From Felis catus (Eukaryota): 64,000 bases of DNA. Positions 1 through 20,218 of the stretch are shown here, one piece after another. The position numbers were made by a program, and so were the translations under genes. The stretch spans positions 39,680,001 through 39,744,000 of the forward strand of contig NC_058383.1 in the NCBI RefSeq assembly GCF_018350175.1, in the 5' to 3' direction. The notes below the pieces were generated by a model that saw only the letters and a list, made by a program, of their open reading frames with translations, was not told where the DNA came from and did not search any database. The stretch's first letter is position 1; the number at the start of each line of letters is the position of its first letter.

Positions 1-1231
1 AGTCGAAGGGGCTTTTCCCTTTGGAGAGAAAGTGAGAGAATGTTGCTGCTGATGGGGGAGCCGGTGAGGACCGGAGCGGCAGAGCGTATCAGCCCCAGCC
101 TCGAGCAGGCCCTGCGGCGGCCAGAGGCAGCGTGGGGGCCCAGAGCAGCTCTGCAGCCGGGCGGGTGCGTGTGGGGATCCGGGTGGGGACCCATGTCGGC
201 TCTGCGGCGGGGCTCAGTCAACAGCCAAGTGCGGCGCGGGTGACACGAGACGTTAACTCGGGGAAACCACAGACGGAGCGTGGGGTGCACGGGGCCTCTG
301 GGACCTCCACAGCGCTCGTGAGCCCCTCTTTCCCCGTCGAAGACGACTTTAAAGACTGCAGCCGTTCTCAGTGTCTTCGGTGGTGCAGCAGCAGGACGTG
401 TGGTCCCTGGGGTGACCCCGAGTTCGGGGTGTGCAGCCCTGAGCTCGCTCTGGGCCTCGCCCGCCTGTGCGGGGGCAGGTGGGCACTGGGCCCGGGAGAG
501 TCTGCGCCCCTGTCATTGCTGCGTCGGGTGGGTCCTTGGACGTCAGTCTGCGCATCTGCCGGGTGGGCTCTTGGGGGTTGGAGTGAGGCGGGTCCCTCGG
601 GACGGCACAGAGGGGAGAAGCCGTGTCCCCGCCTTGGAAGGCGGGTCTGCCTGCGCAGAGACCCCAGTCTGAGCCCAGGCCCATGCGGTGCGTGTGTCCT
701 CCGTGAGACCACGGCCGGCGGGGGTGTGTTGTACGTGCCAAGTCGCGTGTGCCCTCGCGGCGCAGCTCAGGTGTCCGCGGCACGGACAGTGAGGACTCAA
801 TGTGCGGGAACGGGACGTCCGGCAGGTCCTGGTGTGGAAATAGGGGAAGGCCGGGCCCCCGAGTCTCCTGTTCCTGTGTGCAGCCCGGCCTTCTCTGTGG
901 TCTCTCTGGCTTCTAGCTGGTTCTGACTTACCCTTCCTGGTGGGGCTGTTCAGGGGCACAGCCCAGTCCTGACCCCACTAGGATGTCCTGTCGTCTTGTG
1001 GGAACAGTGCTGCACCACACTGTGATGGCCCCACGGTGGCACCCTGGTCCTGGGTTGTGGTCCCAGCGGCCCCCCCCCCCCCCCCACCTCGGGGAAGAGT
1101 CTGGCCTGCACTGATGGAGGAGGACTCCCCGCCACCGGGGCCTGGAGAACAACGGTGCCTGAGCCCCCGCTTGGCACGGAGCCCTTCTCAGGGAGGACCC
1201 AGGGCGGGAAGCAGCAGCCCACAGAGCCTCA

Positions 1232-1470
1232 GTGGGGGTCAGGAGCAGGGGTGTCAGGAGGAGGGGAGTCAGGAGGAGAGGTGTCAGAAGGAGGGCCAGG
1301 AGGAGCGGTATCTGGAGGAGGGGTGTCAGGAGGAGGGTCGGGAGCAGGGGTGTCCGGAGAAGGGTCAGAAGGAGGAGGGTCAGGAGCAGGGGTGTCTGGA
1401 GGAGGGCCAGGAGGGGAGTCAGGAAGAGGGTGGAGGCGGGTCAGGAACAGGGATGTCAGGAGGAGGGGAC
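1232..1470. repeat. G/A-rich minisatellite (12-15 bp units, TGTCAGGAGGAGGGG-like) in a HAGH intron
   Basis: Repeated tgtcaggaggagggg / tcaggagcagggg units; they generate low-complexity ORFs in several frames. Confidence 0.85.
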
Positions 1471-1607
1471 GCCCCTCTAAAGGGCTGAGGCAGGAAGGGG
1501 GTCTGTGAGGCGGCAGGCTTGGGTCTTGAGGGCCCGGGTGGTGGCCAGTGGGATCCCGGGGGTTCTGTGGGCTGGCACTGCCTCCCAGGATGAGAGGAGA
1601 CTTGGGG

Positions 1608-1712
1608 AGGGGCCCCGGCTGGCTCAGCCCGTGGGGCACGTGACTCTCGGTCTCGGGGTTGTGAGTCGAGCTCTACATTGGGTGCAGAGATTACTTAAGA
1701 AAAGAAAAAAAC
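1608..1712 (+). mobile_element. Old, short Can-SINE
   Basis: ggggccccggctggctcag head, gttgtgagtcgagc B-box-like segment, agagattacttaagaaaagaaaaaa tail. Confidence 0.65.
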
Positions 1713-2057
1713 CCCAACACAATTATAAAGAAGTAAAAAGAAAAAATAGGCGCCTTAGGGAGGTGGGTCTGGGAGGGCTGCTGGGTGGGTGGGGACAAGG
1801 GCTGGTGGGGGGTCTCGGCGCTATGCGGACAGGCTAGGACAGTGAAGGGAGGAGTGGGGAGACCCTAAGGGGTGGGTTTGAGCCGCTGTTGGCGGGACTG
1901 GTAGTGCCAGTTAGCGAGACTTGACGGGAGAGGTTGGGGCACGGGAGCCGAGAGCTGGGCGTCTCTCTGGGTCCAACCTGGCAGTTAGGGGTGGCCCATC
2001 GGGGTCTGGTAGAGGCCGGCTATGGGTACAGCCATGAACGCTTGGTGTCCAGTGTAG

Positions 2058-9560
<7,503 letters not shown>

Positions 9561-12500
9561 GGTGGCCGTAGGGCCTGGGGCGCCCGTGGCCGCTGCCGCC
9601 TTCAAGCACATTTTGGGTGTTCAGATGTTTTAGGTGAATTTCCTGCCAGGAGTGCAGGAAATTCAATCTTGACTTAATTTTGAATTAATTTCATAGCCCT
9701 TTGCCCATGTTATCAGATGTTCTAATGCATATTTATAAGAGAAGTCTAGAAAGTGTATTATTCCCCGATGCTCTGCTTGCGGACTCTCTGTTCTCTCTGG
9801 CCTTCGGTGGGGCCCTGGTCCTCGCCGTGTGAGCCCCACATGGTGCCCTGTGAGCGCCGGCCCCCTCCCCGCCCCATGCCCCCCAGAGCAGGACGCCTGG
9901 GGGACGGCGTCGCCCTCACCTCCTTCTCTGGTGGGTCCTGTGGTGTCCTCTTCACAGAGCCGTTTCCATGTGGACGTGGAGTAGAACCCCAGCCCCGCCG
10001 GGGGCACCGGCCTGGGCCGGGGCAGTGAAGGGTTCGTTGACACAGCGTTTCTGTGCTTGGGGCCTCCGCCCCACGGTGCCCCGATCCCTGGGTGCCTGGT
10101 CCTGGGCCACCCGCAGGGACAGGTGTGGATACCGTGCCTCGTGTGGATGAAGGAGCTCTCCGATGCGACCGCCGGCACCTTGCCGCCCCCGCTGAGGTTT
10201 GATCCATCTGGCCCCCCTGCAGGGAGAGGCCCCCATCACCTTTGCCCTGGCCGAAGTGCGGGGAGGCCAGGTCCCTGACCTGCGTGTCCTTGCCCTGAGT
10301 TCCCTCTGCTTTTGCCGGAGGAAACCCCGAAAGCCGCTGTCCCAGGCAGCGGCCATCTCCTTAGCCAGCCGCCACAGGCCAGACCCGGGCTGGGGGAGCA
10401 GGGCGGGCTCTGGCTGCACTGAGCCTCAGCCCAGGTGGGGGTAGCGGGAGGACCCAGAGGCGGGACGGGGAGGGATGAGGCTCGGGGCCCAGCCGGGGGC
10501 AGGACGGGCTGCTCACGTGTGCACCCGGAGGTCTTCCCGGTTCCGACCCGACCTCCTCCGCTCGGCTCTGCCTTGCGACGCACGGCGCCCGAGGCCCTGC
10601 CTGCCCCACCCTCTCCTGCTGGACGGCCCACGGTTAGTGCTTCTCGTCCAGCTGAGGTTGTCTCCCGCCACTCTCCTCAGACGGCCTCCGGTCGCCAAGG
10701 ACCTGCACAGGTCCTGGCTCCGCAGCTGCCCGTGTGGCCACGGTGCCGTGCGGCCGGGGAGCAGTCACCCTTGTCCAAAGAGGAGGATGCCTTAGGTGGA
10801 GCCTCAGCCCCCCTGCGACCCCAGGTGTGTCAGGGAATGGGGTTTCTGTGGGTCCTTCTAGATGCTTCATTGTGTAGCTCTGTACCGCCAACTGGGCGTA
10901 GTGGCGTGGGCGTCTCAGGATGCGTCGTGGTGCTTTGCGAGGCCTGTCGGTACCGGAGAGCGCGGGTATCCGGTGTGGCCCTCTGCTGTGCCCCCTCCGG
11001 CCGGGCCCTGTGCGTGAGCAGTTCTCGTGTAGCCAGGGACCCCACGGCCACCGCCTCCCCAGCCCACCTCCCCCCCACCCCATGGGGATGTGTTTCCTTA
11101 GTTTGCGTGTTACCGGCTGCACATTCAGATGCCAAAGAAGAAAAATGAACGTTTCTGAAACGTACGAACACAGAAGCGCGCCCCTGCACCCGGCCTCTCC
11201 CCACCCCAGGAGCCCCGGATAGCAACTCCCTTTGCACACGTTGTCCTTGGTGGTGGGACCCGCTGGGCCACCCCCACTGGCTCTTGGGCTGTGGCGCGGC
11301 TCAAACGATCTCACGTGGGCCCCAGCTGGCCGTGGAGGATGGGCACTTCCACGCGGGAGAAGGTGTTGGCCCATCCGGTGGAGGAGTCTTGTCCGCCGCA
11401 CGAGGGTGTGGACCGCCCTGGGGCTGCTCCGCGGGCCTCGCGTGTGCTGGCGTCTGCGGCCCCCCGGAAGCGAGCGGGGCGCTCCGTGGAGGCTGCACGA
11501 GAACCGGCGGGGACGGGGGAGGCTGGCCGTGTGCATTTCCGACCCCGGGCTGCCTCTCCTCGGGCTTCTGGCCAGTGTTCTGCTGGCTTTGCTCCTCGCC
11601 GACCTTCCCCGTTGAGGGTCAGCCGCGCTCCGGTCACACGTGTTCGAGTTGGTCGCTCCACACTCTGTCGTCTTATTGAAGAAATCTTTGATGGAGTCAA
11701 GTTCGTGTCTCCTACTTTCCGTCCTCTGCTGCCCTCCTGTTTACGTGCTTGCTTCTGACACTCGTGTTTGTAATTCACGTGAAGATGCTGTTACGCCGGC
11801 GGTCGGTGGTTTGCCTCCCTGGAGGCACTTTACGTCGCCCCTGCTCATCTGCACCGCCAGCCCGAGGGCCCGCATCCGGGGGTGCAGACCTGTTCTGAGG
11901 CCCCACATTCCCCCTTACTACAGCTTTAGAATAAGTCTTCATTTCTAGGAAGGGACACGGCCCCACCTGGCCCTTTGCCCGTATGTACGAACGTTAGAGT
12001 ATTGACGGCTGTGGTTTGGGCCGGAATAGGGTTCACCGGATTTCTGGACTTGTGACAAGTGTCAGGCCATGGACATGCCCCCCCCTCTGGCATTAGGGTC
12101 TCTGCTGCTCTTCCTGCTGCTAAAACTCGTGTAGTGCCAGTGTCCGCGTGGCCCTGTGACTGAGGCTCGCGGTCCCCAAAGAGACTGTCCCCTCAGATGG
12201 CTGTAAGCTCGGGCCCCCCCAGGCCTCCTGCCCTTCTGGCCACCTGGCTGCGACTTCCACGCATTCCCACTGACCCCTCACCTTCCGTAGGTCACCAGCA
12301 TGGCTCCTAGAACTCAGAGGAGTGCCACCGTGATGATTTCGCAGTGTGATTATAACGGGCACAGCCAAGCAAACAGGGCCCGGAACGTGTGCTGTGCCCG
12401 CTGTGGCACACGTGAGCCTGTGTTGAGGTGCTCCGGGGTCACTGCGTCATCCCTGGCCCTGCGAGTGAACTCTTGCCACCGGGTGGGTCCTTCTGGTAGG

Positions 12501-15500
12501 ACTGTCCCCCTCGAGTGACCGCGTTAAGGTAAATTCAGGTGTGTCGAGGCTGCTGTGACCATGTGGGAAATTCCAAGGAAGTAGAGACTCCCTGCCCGAC
12601 CCAGGGGAAGGCAGAGCGCCACGCAGCACTTGCCTGGGTGACGACGGGTGTCACGGCTTCCTTCCCAGACGTCGGTTCTCCGGGAACGTCAGTCCCAGTC
12701 TACTTTGTTCTTGTCGTAAATGGCGTCTTTTTCAGATCACGTCAGTGCTCAGGAACGTAAAGGAGCGCAGTGAGCTTTGTTTAGGGAACCTCCTTTTCCC
12801 CACGTGGGCTCCGTTTCCTTCGTGAACTTTCTGCGGTCTTGCTGCTTGGCCTTTTGTCCTGTGGGTCTCCCGTATTGAGGTGGGGGGAGGGGAGAGAGGC
12901 ACTGCTCCTCGTCCTGAACCCCAGTGACTGGTTTGACAAACACCTGGGGGCCGAGGCCGAGCTCCCCTCGGGGTTGAGTGAACACAGAAAGCCCTGCCCT
13001 TGTCGAATTTCTGTCCTGGTAGAGGGACGGAGTGACAAGATGGACATCCTGGGCAGCTCGGACTGAGGAAGCACTAAGGAAAATAAAGTGGGCAAGGAGC
13101 AAGCAGGAAGCCTTGTGGCCAGGGAGGTGACGTGAGCAAAAACCAAAGGTTCAGGGAGAGGGCCTTGCTGATCTCTGGGAGAGACCAGCGAGTGCCGAGG
13201 CCCTGGGGCAGAAGTGCGCGACGGGAGCCCAGTGTGGCTGAGCCGTGAGGGGAGGCGACTAGGGAGCGGTGGCAGGCGGGTCGGCGGACAGGGTGCAGGG
13301 GGACCCTGGGGGCCACTGGCAGCCAGCGGAGGTGGGGGCGGGCAGGTCTCCACGGGATCTCGAGTGCGTGTGGGGCCGCAGGGGAGGCCAAGGGGTTCGC
13401 AGCGTGAGCCGAGTGGTGAGCACGCGGTTGTGGGGGGTCCAGCTGCGTCCACTGGGGTGGGGGGCGGGTCCAGGCCGAAGCGCGCCCTCGGGAGTCGCCA
13501 GCACCCGGGAGGCTGGGCGCGCTAGCGGGGCAGTGAGGTGGGGACGCTGGGGCGCCGGCAGGTGGCAGGACATGCAGAAGTGTGGCCAAAAGTCACCCCC
13601 AGGGGAACCGGGCTTCGTCACACGCTTTCCTCTGGTCTGGCCGACTCCACGTGAGTGTGTCGGCGGCTGCACTCTGGCCTTCCTTGTACAAGCCCGGTCT
13701 GCTTCCTGTAAATGACGGCAACACGGTGGGGGGAGCAGGGGGAGGTCTCTTCACTCGTGGGGAGCTCGAAGGAGGTGATTCTGCTGGGAGCCTGGTGCTC
13801 GCTCTGTGCACTTTTTCACACCACCGGCTCCCTTCGTAAACGGTTATGGGCTGTCCCTCCGTGGGTTTCAGCCACTTGGGGAGACGTCTTTCTTTGCAAC
13901 ATTTTCTCTTTTCTCTTTTCAAGAATTAAATCTCCATACCCAGTGTGGGGCCTGAACTCACACCCCACTGAGCCAGCCAGGCACCCTCCTTCCAGCATTT
14001 CCTGAAGGGGTCAGGGGTGCCCTCCTGCTCGCTGATCTCTTGCTGCGGCTCCCGCCTCCTGGGCTCCTAGGTGTCGCCTTTCTGAGCACGGATGCGAAGC
14101 TGGGAGCCTGTCCGAAGCGTGCGGTGCGGGGCACGGCGGTGTGGCTGGGGCCTGGCATGGCTTCTCTCCTTCACCTCTTCCCTGACACGTAGGGGCTCTG
14201 AGGCGGCCCGTCCTCCTCCCATCGGGCACGAGCCCAGGGCCCCCGCGGCCCGGGGAGGAGTGCTGAAGTCTCTCCCTAGGGCCGTGTGCCCACTTTCCTG
14301 GCTGGGGTCTGTCTGCCCTGCTGTGGTGCTGCTCTCCAGCTAGGAAGGCGCTGGGGTCTTAGCGGTGACCGGGCCTTACTAATCAGAACCTACCACATGT
14401 CTCTGTGTACCAGGTGAGGTTCACAGCAGTGACCCGAGTGTGTGTTTCAGGGCCTTTGAGGACGTTCATCGTGGTGTAGCCCCCTGAACTTTTCATCATT
14501 AACGTGTCAGTGAAACCATAAAAGCAGAGGCTGCTCTTGGTCCATCTCCCCAGGATGCCGATCCTGGGCCGGAGCAGCAGGGAGGCCTGGGACGTGGTCT
14601 GGTGCGGGGCCCACAGATCCAGACGGCGAGACACCTGTGCCCATGTGCCACCGGGGCTCTGTCTGCATCAAAGGTCAGCCCTTAGCAGAGGTGGGGGTCA
14701 AGCCCATCTGGGGTCCCACCGTGGCCAGGTGGGTGTGTGTAGGCGGGGAGAGGGGGGCGAGGAGGCAGGACACCACATCCTGTGTCTTCCTTCCCCGGCT
14801 GCCAGCTCAGACAGGTGTCATAATTATGTGTCACCTGGAGCCCTGACTTTCTAAGAGTCCTCTGATGAAGCAGCAAATGGCTCCTGTCCACTGAGTGGGC
14901 GTGGCAGCCCCTGGGGACAAAGAACACTTCGTATGTACAGCGTAAGCAAGAGTACAACTGAGAAATCGCAAGGAAGATAAGTAACGTAGCAGTAAGGATT
15001 AGAGGTCTTAATTCTCGGCAAGAGCCAGACCGCGTCGATGCCATTGCCAAGGACGCGGAAGGAGCACGGCGCGCGACTGCTCGACGGAACCCGCCTGGGT
15101 TCAGAACGGCCCACGCAGCGGCGTCCTCAGGCACAGACCACAACTCCGGCCACGGAACAAGTCGTCCTAAGTTTTCAGAAGCCAACGCATACAAAGTACG
15201 TCCTCTGACCCCAGCGGAATTAGTTACCTGTGGCAGAACGAAGTGAGGAAAACCTCCCCCCGTTTAGAAGTGAAGTAACAGATCTCTAAGCTTGGGGATC
15301 AAAAGAAGCAAAAGTGGACACCAGCGTCTGTCAGACACAGACAAGCCCAGGGCCTCCTACACCTGCACAGAAAAGGCTTCTGCCTCAGGAAACTAGAGAA
15401 GAGCAAGAGAAACACAAAGGAAGAAGAAGAAGACAGGAAATCAGCCGGACAGTAAACCCAAAACTCTCTGAAAAGATCATCACGTTGACAGACCCACAGT

Positions 15501-16299
15501 GATACAGCACCCAGGTTCCCGAATTCACGCGGGAGACGGGACCGGACCACCCACCCTGCAGAAATAAACGTCAAGGCCTCTCCAGGAATGCGAGTGAACG
15601 ACACAGATGAATTCCTACAGACACAAATCATTTAAATGGACTCAGAAAAAACCAGAAAAACACCACAGACCTGTAATAAGAAACTGAATTAACACAGAAA
15701 GTCTAAAGTTCACACAAAGGAAGAGCCTGGTGACTTCACGGAGCGTTCGGTCAGTAACACCCATCACTCACAAACTCTTTCAAAGACGCTTCCCAGCTCC
15801 TTTGCGACGCAAGCCTGGGCCTGACAGAAGACGTCGGTGTCCCTGGTGAACCTAGATGTTAACTTTGTAACACAGCATCAGTAACCCAAATACGGCAGCA
15901 TTTGCACCATCAGCCGCAAACCTGAAAACCAACAGATGTCGCGGCCCATCCTAGGGGAACGAAGGACAAAATCCACAGGATCAACTCAACGGACGCAGCG
16001 AAACAAGGAACGAAACCCGGCACATTCGTGGTGAGAAGTGTCCAACCGCGGAAGGCAGCTTCCTTGGCCTCAGGATCAAAGATACCCGTGCGAAGTTTCC
16101 TCGCAGACCTCGTGCCGGCAGCCTTGAGTCGGACCCGGGCCACGCCGGACACAGTGCCTGCGGGGCTGCGTCCTCCCGGAGGCGTCCTACTCCCGGAGGC
16201 GTCCTACTGCCGGAGGCGCCCACGTTCCTCGGCTCCTGGCCTCCTCCCTGTCTACTCCCCACCCGTGGTTGGGGTCCTCTCACTGCCTACGCCCGCCCT

Positions 16300-16490
16300 T
16301 CCTGACCCCCCCCCCCGCTTCCACCATCAAGGACCCCTGTGGTGACACTGGGTCCATCTGGAAAACCCACGTTAGTCTCACTATCCCAGGCTGATCAGCA
16401 CCTCCACTCCCTTTGCCCGTGTAACCCGACACAGTCCGGATTCCGGCGGAAGGACAGGGTATCTTCGAGAGCATCATTCCGCCTGTCAGA
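16300..16490. mobile_element. MLT1 (MaLR) LTR fragment
   Basis: ggacccctgtggtgacactgggtccatctgga...ccctttgcccgtgtaacc...ggattccgg...catcattccgcct resembles the MLT1C/D terminus as I recall it. Confidence 0.6.
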
Positions 16491-16867
16491 GCATCAGAAG
16501 TCATGGTGACGGGCCGAATGCTCACCTCCAACACCAGGAGCAGGTGAGGGAGGTGTGCTCTCGCCTCTGTACTCCACATCGTACTGGGCTTGCAGTGAGG
16601 CACAGAAAGGAACAGAAAAGGGGTAGTACACAGACTGGAGAGAACAAGCGAACACGTTCTTAGTCACAGCTGACAGGGTCCTACGGAATCCAGATACACG
16701 CACACACCTGGCCGGTGAGTTTGACGGTCCCGGACACAAGATCGGTAAGAGAAATACAGGATCTTTCTACCTGCTAATGACCACCTGGAAATGAAATTCA
16801 GACCACTTCATTCACAACAGCACCAAGACTAATAACATAAGTAGAAACTATTTTATCAAAAACACAA

Positions 16868-17070
16868 GGGGCACCTGGGTGGCTCAGTCGGTTAAGTGTC
16901 CAACTCTTGCTTTCGGCTCAGGTCGTGATCTCAAGGTTGTGAGTTCAAGCCCCACATCAGGCTGTGTGATGAGCAAGTATCCTGCTTGGGCTTCTCTGTC
17001 TCTCTCTGCTCATGCTAGCTCTCTTGCTCTGTGTGAAAATAATAAATAAACGTTAAAGTTAAAAAAAATA
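16868..17070 (+). mobile_element. Can-SINE
   Basis: ggggcacctgggtggctcagtcggttaag head, (CT)n tract, aataaataaacgttaaa tail. Confidence 0.9.
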
Positions 17071-17251
17071 GTGTCAAGTTTAGAAAACTTAAGGAAGATG
17101 TAAGTAAATGGGAAGGTACTCCATGTCTCTTGATCAGAAGAACTTTGTGATCTTGGGTTAGGCACACAAAAAGCATGAAACACAAAAAACCTCAGTAAGC
17201 TGGACTTCACTAAACTTTCACGTTTCAAAGGACAAGGTTTTTAAAAAAAAA

Positions 17252-17468
17252 TTTTTTTTTTTTAACGTTTTTTTATTTATTTTTGAGACAGGGAGAGACA
17301 GAGTGTGAACAGGGGAGGGTCAGGGAGAGGGAGACACAGAATCTGAAACAGACTCCAGGCTCTGAGCTGTCAGCACAGAGCCCGACGCAGGGCTCGAACT
17401 CACGGACCGTGAGATCGTGACCTGAGCCGAAGTCGGCCGCTTCACCGACTGAGCCACCCAGGCGCCCC
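17252..17468 (-). mobile_element. Young Can-SINE (SINEC_Fc-like)
   Basis: Near-consensus body. The flanking repeat caaggttttt occurs at 17233-17242 and 17468-17477. Confidence 0.93.
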
Positions 17469-17808
17469 AAGGTTTTTTTTTTTTTTTTTTAATTGGTAAG
17501 CCACAGGCAAGGAAAAGTATCTGCAAGTATCGTGTCTGATAACCGACAATTAAAGTCTGACGACTCAGAAAACAATTTAAAAACGTGCAAGACTCAGATC
17601 AACACCCCGCCCGTGAAGACGAGGACCACTGTGCACATGAGAAGGCGCTCGGCCCTAACTGTCCACGACACGGAGGGTCGCGGGATGGGAGCAGCTGACC
17701 TGCAGACAGCACACCCCACGTGCGGGTGAGGACGAGACCCAGCTGGAACGCTCCCACTTCTCACAATGTTACGCTTTTGAGAACGGTTTTTTAAAAAGTC
17801 AGACATAA

Positions 17809-17910
17809 GGGGTGCCTGGCTGTCAGGAGAGCACGAGAGTTGATCTTGGGGTGGTGAGTTTGAGCCCCACGTCGGGCATAGAGGCTACTTAAAAATAAAA
17901 TCCTTTAAAA
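17809..17910 (+). mobile_element. Old, short Can-SINE
   Basis: ggggtgcctggctg...gtgagtttgagccccac...acttaaaaataaaatcctttaaaa. Confidence 0.7.
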
Positions 17911-20209
17911 GTTATACATAAATATCCTGTGAAGCAGCAAGTCCACTCCTGAGAACCTACTGGAAGGACGAGACACACGTCCACACCAAGACTTGTATCT
18001 AAGCGTTCACGCCAACGCTGTAGCAGCCCCCAAAACAGAAACAAAGCAAACGCCCATCAGCTGGCGAGTGGACCCACACGTGGTGCAGATCCCTAGGGCT
18101 ACAGCCGTTCAGCCAACAAGGCACGAAGGACTCACATGCTGCTGTGTGGGGGACGCACAAGACCACAGAGCGCACACAGGGTCCTGTAGCGGCGGGGGGT
18201 GGGCACACCGTCCAAACCGCAGGGCTGTGCGCTTTCTACGCATCACAAGGCTGTTGGTGCGGAAGAGAGCCGTCGGTGAAGGCGTCGCGCCAGCTAACGC
18301 TCACTGTGCCACCCCACAAGCGACAGGCGCGTCCGGCCCGGACTGATGGGAGACGGAACCCAAGGGGAAAAAAGGGATCAAATAATATCAAGAAGCAACA
18401 ACCACCTAGGAGAAAACTTACACATGACCCGAGATCCCAGGAGCACCGAGAGCACCGCGTGTGGGGGCGGGAAGACAGCATGGTGAGAACACCCGTCCGC
18501 CACGAACCTGAGCACGACCCTCACCCCGACAGTCTCCGGTTTTGGCTCACACACCCGGCAAGCTGCTCCCGTGACATTTGAGGAACCAAAAGGGGCCACG
18601 CGCAGGTGGCTGGACTGCTCCGGCGGGGATCTGCTCCACAAGCCACGGACACTTCCGCACACCCTCTGGCCTCGGGGGCAGCCCCCCACGGCCGGGGGCC
18701 CCGACATCGTGTCCACACGCACATCCACGGTGCACTCTGGTTCCTGTGGCACACGGGATATGACCACACGAGGGTCTGCACGGTCAGGACTCTGGGTTTG
18801 CTGTCCCTCAGGCTGGCACCCGAGGAACCCAGCTCAGTGACCCTGCAGGGTCTAGGGACAGCAGGCAGGATGCCACGGCCCACACGTGCCCAATGGGGGA
18901 CTTGTATCTGGAGAAAAAGTTTTTAAACACACACATCAGACTACCTGACAATCGAACAAAATCACAAAATGGGACATTCCCCCGGCGACAAGCCCGAGGT
19001 GCTGGTGCGTCACCAACATTTGAGAAACAAACGACAGTTGACGTTCACCCCCCTTTGGGGCCGGGCACGGCCGGGGCGGGGGTGCGGTGGGCGACTCGAC
19101 CGCCCAGAGCAATCCAAGTGTCGCGCCCCGAGGTCTGAGCTGGACGCCAGGACCGCTCAGCCTCCACGACAGCAGCGGCCAAAGCCAGTGCGCGAACCCC
19201 GTACACAGAAGCTTGGAAGCGAAGGACGCCGCGCGCCTTGGGCAGACCCTCGGGCGGTCAACCGTGCACGGCAGGAGCATCAAGGGACCCGGCAGTCAGG
19301 ACAGGCCGCTCTGGGAGGCCTGGGGCACCGGGGACAGGCTGGCGTTGCGGCAACCCCCAGCCCCCCGAGTTCTCCAGCGCCCCACCCGGGATCTATAGAC
19401 AGCACGGTCCCCTCCCCATGCTCACCCTCCCTTCCCGACGAGGGTCCTCGGCCACGAACGTGCTGAGTCCGCACTTTGCGCTGTGTCAGTGCGTGTTTAC
19501 CGTGTAAATTTCTGGGCGTGGACTTTCTCCCGGCAGATCTATAATTTCTCAGAACGACCTGGAAATCAATCAAAGCTCAATAAAGGAAGAGATAAAGCTG
19601 CCCTCACCCCCAGGCACGAGCAGCTCAGGCAGGGCAGGGGCGAGGCAGGGTGGGGGGCTGGGGAGGGGCGCCGCAGCTGCCCACTGTCCCCTCCACGGGG
19701 CTGTGAAGCAACCGCCTCCCTCCGAGTCGCCTCGCGGTGGGGGCATCACGTTGGAGTCTGAACGTCCGCAAGCCCTGCCTCCAGCCCCGCCTGCGCAGCC
19801 AGAGGAGGGCCCCGTGGGCAGAGGCCGGGAGGCGGGGCTGGAGGTCCGACTGCACCCCGCCAGCCCCAGGGAAGAGGGGTTCTGGGCAGCCAGAGCAGAG
19901 GCCGGTGGATGAAGGCGCAGCAGGGCTCCCCTCGCTCGAGCAACCAGCACCTTGCCGCCCCCCTACTTCCTGGCCTGACCCGGGGCTGCCTGCAGGCCAG
20001 GTGCTGGACCGCCATCCTGTGCGGAGCAGGGTGGCCATGCCCCCCCCCCCCCCCGCCCCAACAGCTCTGGGGACATCAGGAGTCCCAAAGCAGGTGGAGG
20101 CTGGTATTGCGGTGCAAGACCTGGCCCCCAAGGCTGGGCCTCCCTCCGCTCTTCCCGGGAGGGCAGTGCTAGGAAAGCAAACACGAGGTGGCCGGGAGCC
20201 CGGCTGCTG

Positions 20210-20218
20210 TTCCTAGAA
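20210..20218 (+). promoter_or_regulatory. ALS-GAS1-type STAT5 growth-hormone response element of IGFALS
   Basis: TTCCTAGAA (context TGTTCCTAGAAGAGG), 660 bp upstream of the IGFALS ATG. The core and approximate position match the rodent Igfals GH-response element. A FOX-type AAGCAAACA lies about 30 bp upstream. Confidence 0.85.

Larger units (their letters stand above)
14950..18130 (+). mobile_element. Degraded LINE-1 ORF2 relic with nested MLT1 and SINE insertions
   Basis: 15314-15502 (QETREEQEKHKGRRRRQEI...EKIITLTDP) resembles L1 LEKQEQTHSKASRRQEI...EKINKIDRP. 16520-16700 resembles the RT segment RQGCPLSP...LFADDM. An L1 3'-end-like segment lies at 17930-18130. Boundaries are approximate. 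Confidence 0.75.

Noticed and set aside
1232-1470. Repeat arrays (also 51190-51790, 16175-16218 and 3094-3130) as CRISPR-like arrays
   Set aside because: Degenerate tandem units without unique spacers, in a mammalian context with no cas genes.
9800-14900. Many 100-300 aa ORFs between HAGH and IGFALS as a possible novel gene
   Set aside because: Low-complexity P/G/R/A content on both strands, no coherent exon chain or homology that I recognise, and parts resemble decayed repeats.
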